Source of the DNA: Gemmatimonadota bacterium
GTDB lineage: Bacteria > Blakebacterota > Blakebacteria > Blakebacterales > Blakebacteraceae
DNA: 39,643 nucleotides
Assembly: GCA_030631625.1 (NCBI GenBank)
Contig: DAOVKT010000002.1
Coordinates: 1 to 39,643 of the forward strand
Direction: 5' to 3'
Shown here: in pieces, positions 24,473-32,332 of the stretch
Position numbering within the stretch: the first letter of the stretch is position 1
How the letters are laid out: each line of letters starts with the position of its first letter
Notes under the pieces: model-generated
What the model was told of the DNA's origin: nothing
Seen by the model: only the letters and a program-made list of their open reading frames with translations
Databases searched by the model: none
Made by a program: the position numbers and the translations under genes

Positions 24473-25666
24473 ATGCGGTTGTCGGGGGCTGCGATCCGTG
24501 TCCGTCTCGAGGGACTAGCAGCCGCGGCGTTTGCATTGATTGTTGCACTGGCTTCGCCGGCCTGGGCCCAGGTAAACGATCTCTCCGGGAGTGGCGGGCT
24601 GGTTGGTTCGCGCATCGATGAGGCCCTGCAGAGGGCCGCAGGTGCTGAGGTCAACAGCCGTTTCTATATCATCCTTCGCTTCGATGGTCTGGTGCCGTCT
24701 GACGCGGAGGCCGGTAGTGGTGGCACCCTGATGATAAACCGCTACGACGGGTGGATGATGAGCGGGTTCAGCGGGCTGGCTCCCTCCCGCAATGTGTGGG
24801 ATCAGCTCGAAAGTGGGGAGCGCCTGCTCGATCTAGCCACGATGCAGATGACCGATCCAGGGCCCCAACCTGTGCTTGAACCGCGTCCTCTGCTGGCCGT
24901 AGTCAGGGGCCGCGTGGTAGCTCGAGAGCAGACGCGGATCGAGGATGTAAGCCTGCGTTTTCCCAGCGGAGCAATCCGTCTACGGGAGCGGCCGGTCTAC
25001 TGGCTGGGAGAGGCTTCAGCTTCCGAACTGGTTGAATGGATCCGATCCCAGCTGGGTTCCTTGGATGCCGACAGGGATCGCGGTGTGCGGCGCGATCTTG
25101 TGGGCCTGCTGAGTGTTCAGCTACAGGGCGGGGACGTGCTGGATACGCTCGAGCAGTTTGCAACCCGGGATACGGACGGGAATGTGCGGCGCGCTGCTAT
25201 CTCCTACCTGGGACGACGCCCTGAAGACACCGTCCGCCACCTTACGATGATCCTTTCCGGAGCAGATGACCCCGATGATAGAGCGGTGGCGCTGGAAGCG
25301 TTGGCCAACAGGACGGGTCCGGCAGGTGTGGACCGTCTCATTGCGGCGGCGCGTGACGGCAACGAAGCAGAGAAGATCAGGGCGGTTGCGATCTCTTTTC
25401 TGGGTGATATCGACGACCCGCGTGCGACAGATGCGTTGGAAACGATATTCGATTCTTCCGACCCGGAGCCTCTCAGGAGAAGGGCCTTGCGGGAGCTTGC
25501 AGAAAGGAAGACCGGAGACGGCTATATCGTGAGCTGGCTGGCCGGGATCGCCCACAGCGACCCCTCCCTCGAAATCCGCAAGGAGGCCGTGCGGCTGCTG
25601 GGTCGTGCAAACAATCCCGAAGCCCGAAAGGTGCTCGAAGAAATGCTGAGAATCGGCCGTCTGTAA
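24473..25666 (+). CDS. secreted HEAT-repeat protein
   Basis: Starts 1 nt after the upstream stop. Sec signal 'MRLSGAAIRVRLEGLAAAAFALIVALASPAWA/QV'. C-terminal HEAT repeats ('DGNVRRAAISYLG', 'EKIRAVAISFLG', 'SLEIRKEAVRLLG'). Confidence 0.75.
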   Translation: MRLSGAAIRVRLEGLAAAAFALIVALASPAWAQVNDLSGSGGLVGSRIDEALQRAAGAEVNSRFYIILRFDGLVPSDAEAGSGGTLMINRYDGWMMSGFSGLAPSRNVWDQLESGERLLDLATMQMTDPGPQPVLEPRPLLAVVRGRVVAREQTRIEDVSLRFPSGAIRLRERPVYWLGEASASELVEWIRSQLGSLDADRDRGVRRDLVGLLSVQLQGGDVLDTLEQFATRDTDGNVRRAAISYLGRRPEDTVRHLTMILSGADDPDDRAVALEALANRTGPAGVDRLIAAARDGNEAEKIRAVAISFLGDIDDPRATDALETIFDSSDPEPLRRRALRELAERKTGDGYIVSWLAGIAHSDPSLEIRKEAVRLLGRANNPEARKVLEEMLRIGRL

Positions 25667-25693
25667 CGTAGAACATCCCCCGCGGCCGATATG

Positions 25694-25730
25694 CGCGCCC
25701 CCGGACCCCGGCGTTGGGGGGCGCGTTTCT
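25694..25730 (+). terminator. intrinsic terminator after the ECF/HEAT operon
   Basis: cgcgccccc (25694..25702) pairs perfectly with gggggcgcg (25717..25725). That gives a 9-bp all-GC stem with a 14-nt loop, followed by tttct. Confidence 0.6.
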
Positions 25731-25870
25731 AAACCATACTTTCCATTACAGTGAGTTCCCGCCTACCAGTATATTTGCAGCCGGTAGCACGTTTCCGCAT
25801 CGGAAACTCTCTGGTGCCCATCCGGAATTGGCGGATGGAAACTAATCAGTTCCAGCCCGGATTATCGCCC

Positions 25871-26584
25871 ATGTTGGATCTTGATGATCGCATAGCCTCC
25901 ATACCTGCCCGTCTGGAATCGTTAAGGGAACGGATCGAGACCGCCGCCTCCGACGCCGATCGTGATCCTGCGTCGATACGGATTGTTGCGGTAACAAAGA
26001 GTTTCCCGGTCGATATCATCCGTGCCGCGCTCGACGCGGGATTGACGCATATAGGGGAGAACCGTGTCCAGGAAGGTTGCGGGAAGATCGAGCAGCTCGG
26101 CAGGGATGCCGCGACATGGCACCTGGTCGGCCACCTGCAGACAAACAAGGCGAGGCACGCGGTCCGTTATTTCGACATCATCGAGAGCATCGACTCCGCC
26201 CGTGTGGCCGAGGCCATCCAGCACAGGGCAGAAATCGAGGATATTACGGTGCCGGTGCTGGTCCAGGTGAACACTTCCGCGGAGGAGAGCAAGTTCGGCT
26301 TATCCCCGGGCGAGCTTCGGCCGCTGCTTGATAGTATATCGGCCCTCGACCGGATCGCGGTGCAGGGTCTGATGACTATAGCACCGTTCGACGATAGGGA
26401 GACAGTGGTTCGCCCGGCTTTTGTCGGACTACGCCAATTGCTTGAAGAAGCGGAATCGTGGAACGTTCCACGGGTTGAGATGAACCATCTCTCGATGGGG
26501 ATGAGCAACGATTTCGAGTGGGCGGTGGCGGAGGGTGCTACTATGCTGCGTCTTGGATCAGTACTCTTCGGGCCGAGGGAGTAG
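25871..26584 (+). CDS. yggS: YggS family pyridoxal-phosphate homeostasis protein
   Basis: 'IRIVAVTKSFP' (PLP Lys), 'IGENRVQE', 'WHLVGHLQTNK', 'LSMGMSNDFEWAVAEGATMLRLGSVLFG'. Start at ATG 25871 matches the usual family N-terminus. Confidence 0.85.
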   Translation: MLDLDDRIASIPARLESLRERIETAASDADRDPASIRIVAVTKSFPVDIIRAALDAGLTHIGENRVQEGCGKIEQLGRDAATWHLVGHLQTNKARHAVRYFDIIESIDSARVAEAIQHRAEIEDITVPVLVQVNTSAEESKFGLSPGELRPLLDSISALDRIAVQGLMTIAPFDDRETVVRPAFVGLRQLLEEAESWNVPRVEMNHLSMGMSNDFEWAVAEGATMLRLGSVLFGPRE

Positions 26585-26609
26585 CGGATTGATTGTAGCG
26601 AGTAACTTC

Positions 26610-26900
26610 ATGATTGCCCTGGGTCAGTTGTTGAAGACAGTCGCTGGGCTCTACATGATCGTGGTAATAGCATCTGCTGTGATCACGTGGTTCCCGGTCC
26701 ACCAGTGGCACCCGGCAGTAAGGATCCTCCGCGGGCTGACAGATCCGGTGTATGAAAGGATCCGCAGGTATCTGCCCGACCTGCTGTGGAATACCGGGAT
26801 CGACTTCACTCCCATTATCGTCTTACTGGCGCTCTACTTTCTCAGTGCAGCGATATTCCAGAGCCTTATAGATGTGGGCGTGGGCCTGCGAATGAGATAG
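26610..26900 (+). CDS. yggT: YggT family membrane protein
   Basis: 'YMIVVIASAVITWFP...LTDPVYERIRRYLP...GIDFTPIIVLLALYFL'. The start is ATG 26610 or TTG 26589. Confidence 0.75.
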   Translation: MIALGQLLKTVAGLYMIVVIASAVITWFPVHQWHPAVRILRGLTDPVYERIRRYLPDLLWNTGIDFTPIIVLLALYFLSAAIFQSLIDVGVGLRMR

Positions 26901-26934
26901 CCTTCTGGATGCTGCCGCAAAGGAGGACCCCACA

Positions 26935-27624
26935 GTGCGCATAACGCCGATCGACATTCGTAAACAGGAGTTCCGCAAGAGCATGCGGGGCTACGACCCG
27001 GATGAGGTGAATACCTTCCTGGCCATGGTTGCTGACGAGATGGAAGAACTGGTCGGTGCCGGGCAACAGGCCAGGGCGGAGGCCGCCACCCTCAATGAGC
27101 GGCTGGCCGAGTACAGGCAGATGGAAGACACCATGCGGGAGACCCTTATCACGGTCCAGAAGGCTGCCGAGGAGAAGAGAAAAGTCGCCTACGAGGAAGC
27201 CGATATGGTTCTCAAAGAGGCTGAAGTGAGGGCGGGCAACTGGATCGAGGACGCCCACCGGTCCATCCGTGAAATAAAACGCGAGCTGGCCAAGCTGAGG
27301 GGCATGCGCGACTCGTACGTAACACGCCTCAGGATGCTGGTCCAGGCGCAGCTCGACATGCTGAAGCTGGCCGAAGTGGAAGAGGAGACTCCCGACGAAA
27401 CACTCGATCTCTTCGAGGAGAAGCTCGAAGAGCTGACCATGCGTGCCAGGGAGCGGGTTGCACAGGCGGGCGAGACCGTTTCCGATGAGCCAGACCTCGA
27501 GTCCGCAGAAGGGGAACCGGCAGAGGAAGAATGGGAACAGGAGGAAAAAGGTGATGAGGAAGTAGGAGGGGTAGAAGAGGTAGGGGAGGAAGAGAAAGAG
27601 GGGGAGGAGGCAGAAGGGTTGTAG
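26935..27624 (+). CDS. divIVA: DivIVA domain-containing protein with an acidic Glu/Gly-rich tail
   Basis: GTG start. 'ITPIDIRKQEFRKSMRGYDPDEVNTFL', then coiled-coil, then tail 'EEEWEQEEKGDEEVGGVEEVGEEEKEGEEAEGL'. Confidence 0.85.
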   Translation: MRITPIDIRKQEFRKSMRGYDPDEVNTFLAMVADEMEELVGAGQQARAEAATLNERLAEYRQMEDTMRETLITVQKAAEEKRKVAYEEADMVLKEAEVRAGNWIEDAHRSIREIKRELAKLRGMRDSYVTRLRMLVQAQLDMLKLAEVEEETPDETLDLFEEKLEELTMRARERVAQAGETVSDEPDLESAEGEPAEEEWEQEEKGDEEVGGVEEVGEEEKEGEEAEGL

Positions 27625-27647
27625 GGTGTGAAGAACGAAGGGTTGTA
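27522..27647. repeat. C-depleted polypurine-rich tract on the plus strand, containing an 11-nt direct repeat GAAGGGTTGTA
   Basis: I count only 3 C in these 126 nt. The tract holds many GGAGG-like strings. GAAGGGTTGTA occurs at 27613..27623 (covering the divIVA stop) and at 27637..27647 (codons 4-7 of the next gene). Confidence 0.6.
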
Positions 27648-28455
27648 CGAGCGCATCCAGGAGGCAGCCGCTGAGCTTGGGAAACTGACCGGTGCATCGC
27701 CTTCAGTAGGAATTATATCAGGTACTCACCTTGAAGGTTTTATCGAGAGTATCCAGGTTGAGACGTCGGTGCCATACAGCGAGGTTCCCCATTTCCCGCA
27801 TGGCGATACGCCCGGGAAGGATGAAAGGCTGCTGTTCGGCAGCGCAGGCGGGAAGCCGGTCGTTGCGACGGGGGCGCGATTACACCTGTACGAGGGATAC
27901 ACCTCGGCTGAGGCAGCGTTCCCCGTGCGTGTCATGAAAGCGCTGGGCGCCAATGTGCTTCTGGCCTTCGATGCAGTCTGCAGCCTGAATCCTTCCCTTA
28001 GACCAGCCGAACTGGCGCTGATCGAGGATCATATAAACCTGCAGTGGGAAAATCCGCTGTTAGGGTCGAACGATAAGCGGATCGGACCCAGGTTCCCCGA
28101 TATGTCCGCTCCATACAGCCGGCATTTAAATGAGCTTGCTTTAAAGCTCGCTGGTGAAGAACGTATTCCCCTTCATATTGGAGTATATGCGGCCGTGGTT
28201 GGGTTGGACATGGTGACGGATGCGGAGTTCCGGTTCATGCGGGGGATAGGCGCCGACGTGGTGGGCATGGGTACGGTACCCGAGGTGATTGCGGCAGTTC
28301 ACCAGGGAATGGAAGTCATGGCGGTCTCAGTCGTCACCTCTCAGTGCATTTCCGATCCCCACGAGCTTGCAGATACGGGTGAAGTCACGGAGGCAGCCGT
28401 AGGGGCCATACCATGCCTTGTGCGGCTTATGATGAGGGTGATCGAAGAGCTGTAA
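27628..28455 (+). CDS. purine nucleoside phosphorylase (PunA/PNP-MTAP trimeric family) homolog with divergent active-site residues
   Basis: Collinear by eye with B. subtilis PunA and human PNP: 'ARLHLYEGY', 'FPVRVMKALG', 'IEDHINL', 'GPRFPDMSAPY', 'GADVVGMGTVPEVI'. Several catalytic positions are substituted (see findings). Confidence 0.75.
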   Translation: MKNEGLYERIQEAAAELGKLTGASPSVGIISGTHLEGFIESIQVETSVPYSEVPHFPHGDTPGKDERLLFGSAGGKPVVATGARLHLYEGYTSAEAAFPVRVMKALGANVLLAFDAVCSLNPSLRPAELALIEDHINLQWENPLLGSNDKRIGPRFPDMSAPYSRHLNELALKLAGEERIPLHIGVYAAVVGLDMVTDAEFRFMRGIGADVVGMGTVPEVIAAVHQGMEVMAVSVVTSQCISDPHELADTGEVTEAAVGAIPCLVRLMMRVIEEL

Positions 28456-28495
28456 CCGCTTTCAACCTTCTGGAAAACCTGATTGTGAAAAAGTA

Positions 28496-31400
28496 ATGAG
28501 TGCGACCGATACCGGGAATAAGAGCCCATTTCAGCTCGTTGACGAGGTGAACCACTCCCCAGGCCGCGAAGAGGCAGTCCTGGAGTGGTGGAGGAAGAAT
28601 GACATTTTCCGGAAGACGGTCGAGATGCGCGAGGGTGCGCCAGACTATGTCTTCTACGAGGGTCCGCCTACCGCGAACGGCCTGCCGGGCGTTCACCACG
28701 TCCAGAGCCGCACGTACAAGGATCTGGTCTGCAGGCTCAAAACCATGGAGGGCTACAGGGTTATCCGTAAGGCGGGCTGGGACACCCACGGACTTCCGGT
28801 CGAGATCGAGGTGGAGAAGCAGCTCGGACTGAATCACAAGGCCGAAATTGAAGAGTACGGCATCACCGAATTCAATGAGATATGCAGGACCTCCGTTCGC
28901 AAATACGAGGAGGACTGGCGGGATCTGACGGAGCGGATCGCCTTCTGGCTCGACCTGGATGATCCCTACTTCACATTTACAAAAGAGTATATAGAAACGG
29001 TCTGGTGGATCCTTTCCCGCTTCTTCAAGGAGGGCCTGATCTACGAAGGGCGCCGGATCCTTCCGTACTGTCCGCGCTGCGGCACTCCGCTGTCCAGCCA
29101 CGAGGTCTCGCTGGGATACGAATCCACTGAAGACCCGTCGATCTATGTCCGGTTCCCGGTCCTCGATCCCGGTCCGGCGGCGGAGATCCTCGCAGATCTG
29201 CCCGAGGGGATGTCCCGCAGCCTGCTCGTCTGGACCACGACACCTTGGACAATGATCAGCAACACCTTCACTGTGGTCCACGCCGATCTCACCTATGTCG
29301 AAATAGAGGTTGATACCACGAAACCGTTCCTGGCCGAGACGCTGGACGGGCTTTACGGGGAAAGGTATGCGGCAGAGGTGCGCGGGGCCGCCGATCCGCT
29401 GGGCGCCAGGGAGCGGCTGATCCTGGCATTGAACCGGGCCCTCGATCTGTTCGGCAACCGGGAGAAGCCGGGTTCCTGGAAGGAAGGTGTGGGAGAAGTA
29501 GCCCGCTTCATGGGGTCCGACCTGGTGGGTCTGAAATATCAGCGGCCGTTCACCTTCATGGAGATGGATGAGACGATCACCAGCAGGGTTGTCGCGGATG
29601 ATTATGTAACCGACGAGGATGGCACCGGGCTTGTGCATTCCTCCCCCGCATACGGAGAGGATGACTATAACACTGGCCAGCGCGAAGGAATGCCTGTAGT
29701 CGAGACGGTCGATAACGAAGGGAAGTTCAAGAAGGAGGTTACTTCCTGGGCGGGCGTCTTCGTTAAGGAAGCCGATCCGCAGATCATCAGGGACCTGGCC
29801 GAGCGCGGACTTCTTTTCGGCGCCGGGGTGGACACGCACACCTACCCTTTCTGCTGGCGCTGCGAATCCCCGCTGCTCTACATGGCGCAGCCTTCCTGGT
29901 ACATACGGACGACGGCGATCAAAGAGCAGCTGCTGTCCGCCAACCGCAGCATCGACTGGGTCCCGCCCGAGATAGGCACGGGGAGGATGGGTGAGTGGCT
30001 GGAGAACAACCAGGACTGGGCGCTCTCGCGCAACCGCTACTGGGGTACGCCGCTGCCGATCTGGAGGTGCGACAACCCCGATTGCGGGCATCTGGATTGC
30101 ATAGGGTCTGTCGAGGAGCTGAAGGAGCATTCCGACCAGGAAGTGCCGGAGGACTTCGACCCACACAAGCCCTTTGTGGACTCACTCACATGGAGCTGTT
30201 CATCGTGCAGCCCGGGCACGATGTGGCGCACTCCTGAGGTAATAGATGTGTGGTTCGATTCGGGTGCGATGCCGTTCGCACAGTGGCACTACCCATTCGA
30301 GAATCGTGAGATCTTCGAAAGCCAGTTCCCCGCCGATTTCATCAGCGAAGGAGTCGATCAGACCAGAGGCTGGTTCTACAGCCTGCTGGTCATCTCGGCC
30401 TTCCTCATGGACCGCCCGCCCTACAAGCACTGCCTGGTGACCGAACTGGTCCTCGACAAGGAGGGCCAGAAGATGTCGAAGAGCAAAGGGAACACGGTCG
30501 ATCCGTGGGGGGTGATCAACCGGTGGGGTGTGGACCCTTTGCGCTGGTACCTGGTCACGAACAGCCCTCCGTGGGCTTCGACCAGGTTCGACGAGGATGG
30601 GATTGCCGAGGTCAGCCGCAAGTTCTTCGGCACGCTTCATAACACGCACTCTTTCTTTGTGCTCTACGCCGATATCGACGGCTTCGACCCCGACGCCGCA
30701 GAACGCATTCCGGTGAGTGATCTACCGCTGCTCGACCGCTGGGTCCTCTCCCGCCTGCACCGGACGACCAGGGCTGTTCGCCGGTACCTGGGCGGTTTCG
30801 AGGTCACCCGTGCCGCAAGGGCCCTGCAGTACTTTGTAATCGAAGATCTCTCCAACTGGTATGTACGACGTTCCCGACGCCGTTTCTGGAAGGGCGAGCC
30901 AGGTCCCGACAAGAACGCCGCATACCAGACACTGCACGAGGTCCTGGTCACTTGCGCGGGTCTGCTGGCACCGTTTGTTCCCTTCACCAGTGAGGAGATA
31001 TGGCGGAACCTTCAGGCCTGGAGGAAAGACGCCGCCGAGAGCGTGCATCTGAGTGAATACCCCGCCGGCGAGTCCTCGCTGGTGGACGAGAAGCTTGAGA
31101 GAGACATGGATTACGTCCGGCAGGTCGTGGCGCTGGGCCGTGCCGCCCGCAACCGCGCCGGATTAAAGGTGCGCCAGCCTCTGAGAGTGATGAAAGTCGT
31201 CGCTCCTCACGAATGGCAGAAGCAGGCTCTGAAGCGCCTGGAATCCATTATTCTGGAGGAGATGAACATTAAGAGTGTGGAGGCTGTGGCCTCAACCTCG
31301 GACTTCATGAAGCTGGCTGCACAGCCTGATTTCTCTAACCTGGGTCCCAGGTTCGGAAAGCAGGCAAACATGGTGGCCGGTGCGATCCGCGCGATAAACC

Positions 31401-31858
31401 AGGCGCAGCTCGAACTTGTACAGTCGGGGAAGGGGATTCGGCTGGAAATTGAAGGTGAATCGTTTGATATAGAGCCCTCGGATGTCATCGTGGAAGAGGC
31501 CGAACCGGTGAACCTGGTCGTGGAGCGTGAGGGGGATCTGGTGGTTGGAGTTGATACAGAACTGGATCAGGACCTCATAGAGGAAGGTCTGGCCCGCGAA
31601 TTTACAACCCGCATCCAGGGGTTGCGGCGCAATGTGGGCTACGCTGTCACCGATCGTATCAGAATTGGATATCAGGCCTCCACGGTCCTGGAATCGGCCG
31701 TAGCGGCCCATAAGGATTACGTGGCGGAGGAAGCGCTGGCTGTCGTTCTGCAGCAGGGGCTGCTGGAGAAATCGGACAGACAGGAAGAATGGAAAGTCGA
31801 CGGAGAATCTGTTACGATTACTATCGCGAATGCTCGTGGGGAACCGAAAGGTGATTAG
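28496..31858 (+). CDS. ileS: isoleucine--tRNA ligase, type 2 (eukaryote-like) form
   Basis: 'PPTANGLPGVHHV' (HIGH-class motif), 'KMSKSKGN', 'FAQWHYPFEN', editing-domain region 'TTTPWTM', Cys-rich insert 'WRCDNPDCGH...WSCSSCSPG'. 1120 aa. Confidence 0.95.
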   Translation: MSATDTGNKSPFQLVDEVNHSPGREEAVLEWWRKNDIFRKTVEMREGAPDYVFYEGPPTANGLPGVHHVQSRTYKDLVCRLKTMEGYRVIRKAGWDTHGLPVEIEVEKQLGLNHKAEIEEYGITEFNEICRTSVRKYEEDWRDLTERIAFWLDLDDPYFTFTKEYIETVWWILSRFFKEGLIYEGRRILPYCPRCGTPLSSHEVSLGYESTEDPSIYVRFPVLDPGPAAEILADLPEGMSRSLLVWTTTPWTMISNTFTVVHADLTYVEIEVDTTKPFLAETLDGLYGERYAAEVRGAADPLGARERLILALNRALDLFGNREKPGSWKEGVGEVARFMGSDLVGLKYQRPFTFMEMDETITSRVVADDYVTDEDGTGLVHSSPAYGEDDYNTGQREGMPVVETVDNEGKFKKEVTSWAGVFVKEADPQIIRDLAERGLLFGAGVDTHTYPFCWRCESPLLYMAQPSWYIRTTAIKEQLLSANRSIDWVPPEIGTGRMGEWLENNQDWALSRNRYWGTPLPIWRCDNPDCGHLDCIGSVEELKEHSDQEVPEDFDPHKPFVDSLTWSCSSCSPGTMWRTPEVIDVWFDSGAMPFAQWHYPFENREIFESQFPADFISEGVDQTRGWFYSLLVISAFLMDRPPYKHCLVTELVLDKEGQKMSKSKGNTVDPWGVINRWGVDPLRWYLVTNSPPWASTRFDEDGIAEVSRKFFGTLHNTHSFFVLYADIDGFDPDAAERIPVSDLPLLDRWVLSRLHRTTRAVRRYLGGFEVTRAARALQYFVIEDLSNWYVRRSRRRFWKGEPGPDKNAAYQTLHEVLVTCAGLLAPFVPFTSEEIWRNLQAWRKDAAESVHLSEYPAGESSLVDEKLERDMDYVRQVVALGRAARNRAGLKVRQPLRVMKVVAPHEWQKQALKRLESIILEEMNIKSVEAVASTSDFMKLAAQPDFSNLGPRFGKQANMVAGAIRAINQAQLELVQSGKGIRLEIEGESFDIEPSDVIVEEAEPVNLVVEREGDLVVGVDTELDQDLIEEGLAREFTTRIQGLRRNVGYAVTDRIRIGYQASTVLESAVAAHKDYVAEEALAVVLQQGLLEKSDRQEEWKVDGESVTITIANARGEPKGD

Positions 31859-31924
31859 TCTGCTTACCCCGGGGCCTGCAGGTGGATGGATGTGGGTATT
31901 CAGGGTGGGGGCCAGAAGGAGTTA

Positions 31925-32332
31925 ATGGAGATGGCAAAGGGCCTGTCAAAAGCAAAGCTCGGGAAATACAGAAGGCTGCTCGAGAAGAAGCGGAAAGCTC
32001 TCCTCAAAGAGCTCGACTACCTTGAGGGCAGCAGCATGAACGCGACCATCACCGATTCGACCGGTGATATCTCCGCCTATTCCTACCACATGGCCGACCA
32101 GGGCACCGACGCCATGGAGCGGGAGAAGGCATTCCTCTTTGCCTCCCGTGAGGGGCGTTTCCTCTATCACCTGAACCAGGCTCTGGATCGCATCGGGAGC
32201 GGCACCTACGGAAGGTGTGAGGAGTGCGGTGAGTTCATCTCCGAGGAACGCCTCAACGCAGTTCCCCACGCCCGCCTCTGCATAGCCTGCAAGATGAAGG
32301 ACGACGAGCGCAAGTCGACAAAGACAACCTGA
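31925..32332 (+). CDS. TraR/DksA family C4-type zinc-finger protein
   Basis: 'CEECGEFISEERLNAVPHARLCIACK'. AAGGAG at 31916..31921, so ATG 31931 is an alternative start. Confidence 0.8.
   Translation: MEMAKGLSKAKLGKYRRLLEKKRKALLKELDYLEGSSMNATITDSTGDISAYSYHMADQGTDAMEREKAFLFASREGRFLYHLNQALDRIGSGTYGRCEECGEFISEERLNAVPHARLCIACKMKDDERKSTKTT

Noticed and set aside
21450-24654. Long minus-strand ORFs 21450..22517, 22300..23664, 23505..24281 and 23857..24654
   Set aside because: All lie antisense to the ECF / anti-sigma / HEAT operon. The plus strand has coupled starts, SD sites, a signal peptide and regular HEAT periodicity. The minus-strand translations are Arg/Ser/Pro-rich.
25751-25870. N-terminal 40-aa extension of yggS from the GTG at 25751
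   Set aside because: The extension ('MSSRLPVYLQPVARFRIGNSLVPIRNWRMETNQFQPGLSP') has no counterpart in the YggS family. ATG 25871 gives the canonical N-terminus.
28456-28495. T-box or attenuator leader in front of ileS
   Set aside because: The spacer is only 40 nt and has no specifier or T-box sequence. ileS is most likely co-transcribed with the upstream gene.
28427-30166. 579-aa minus-strand ORF
   Set aside because: It lies antisense to ileS, whose HIGH/KMSKS motifs and 1120-aa uninterrupted frame are conclusive.
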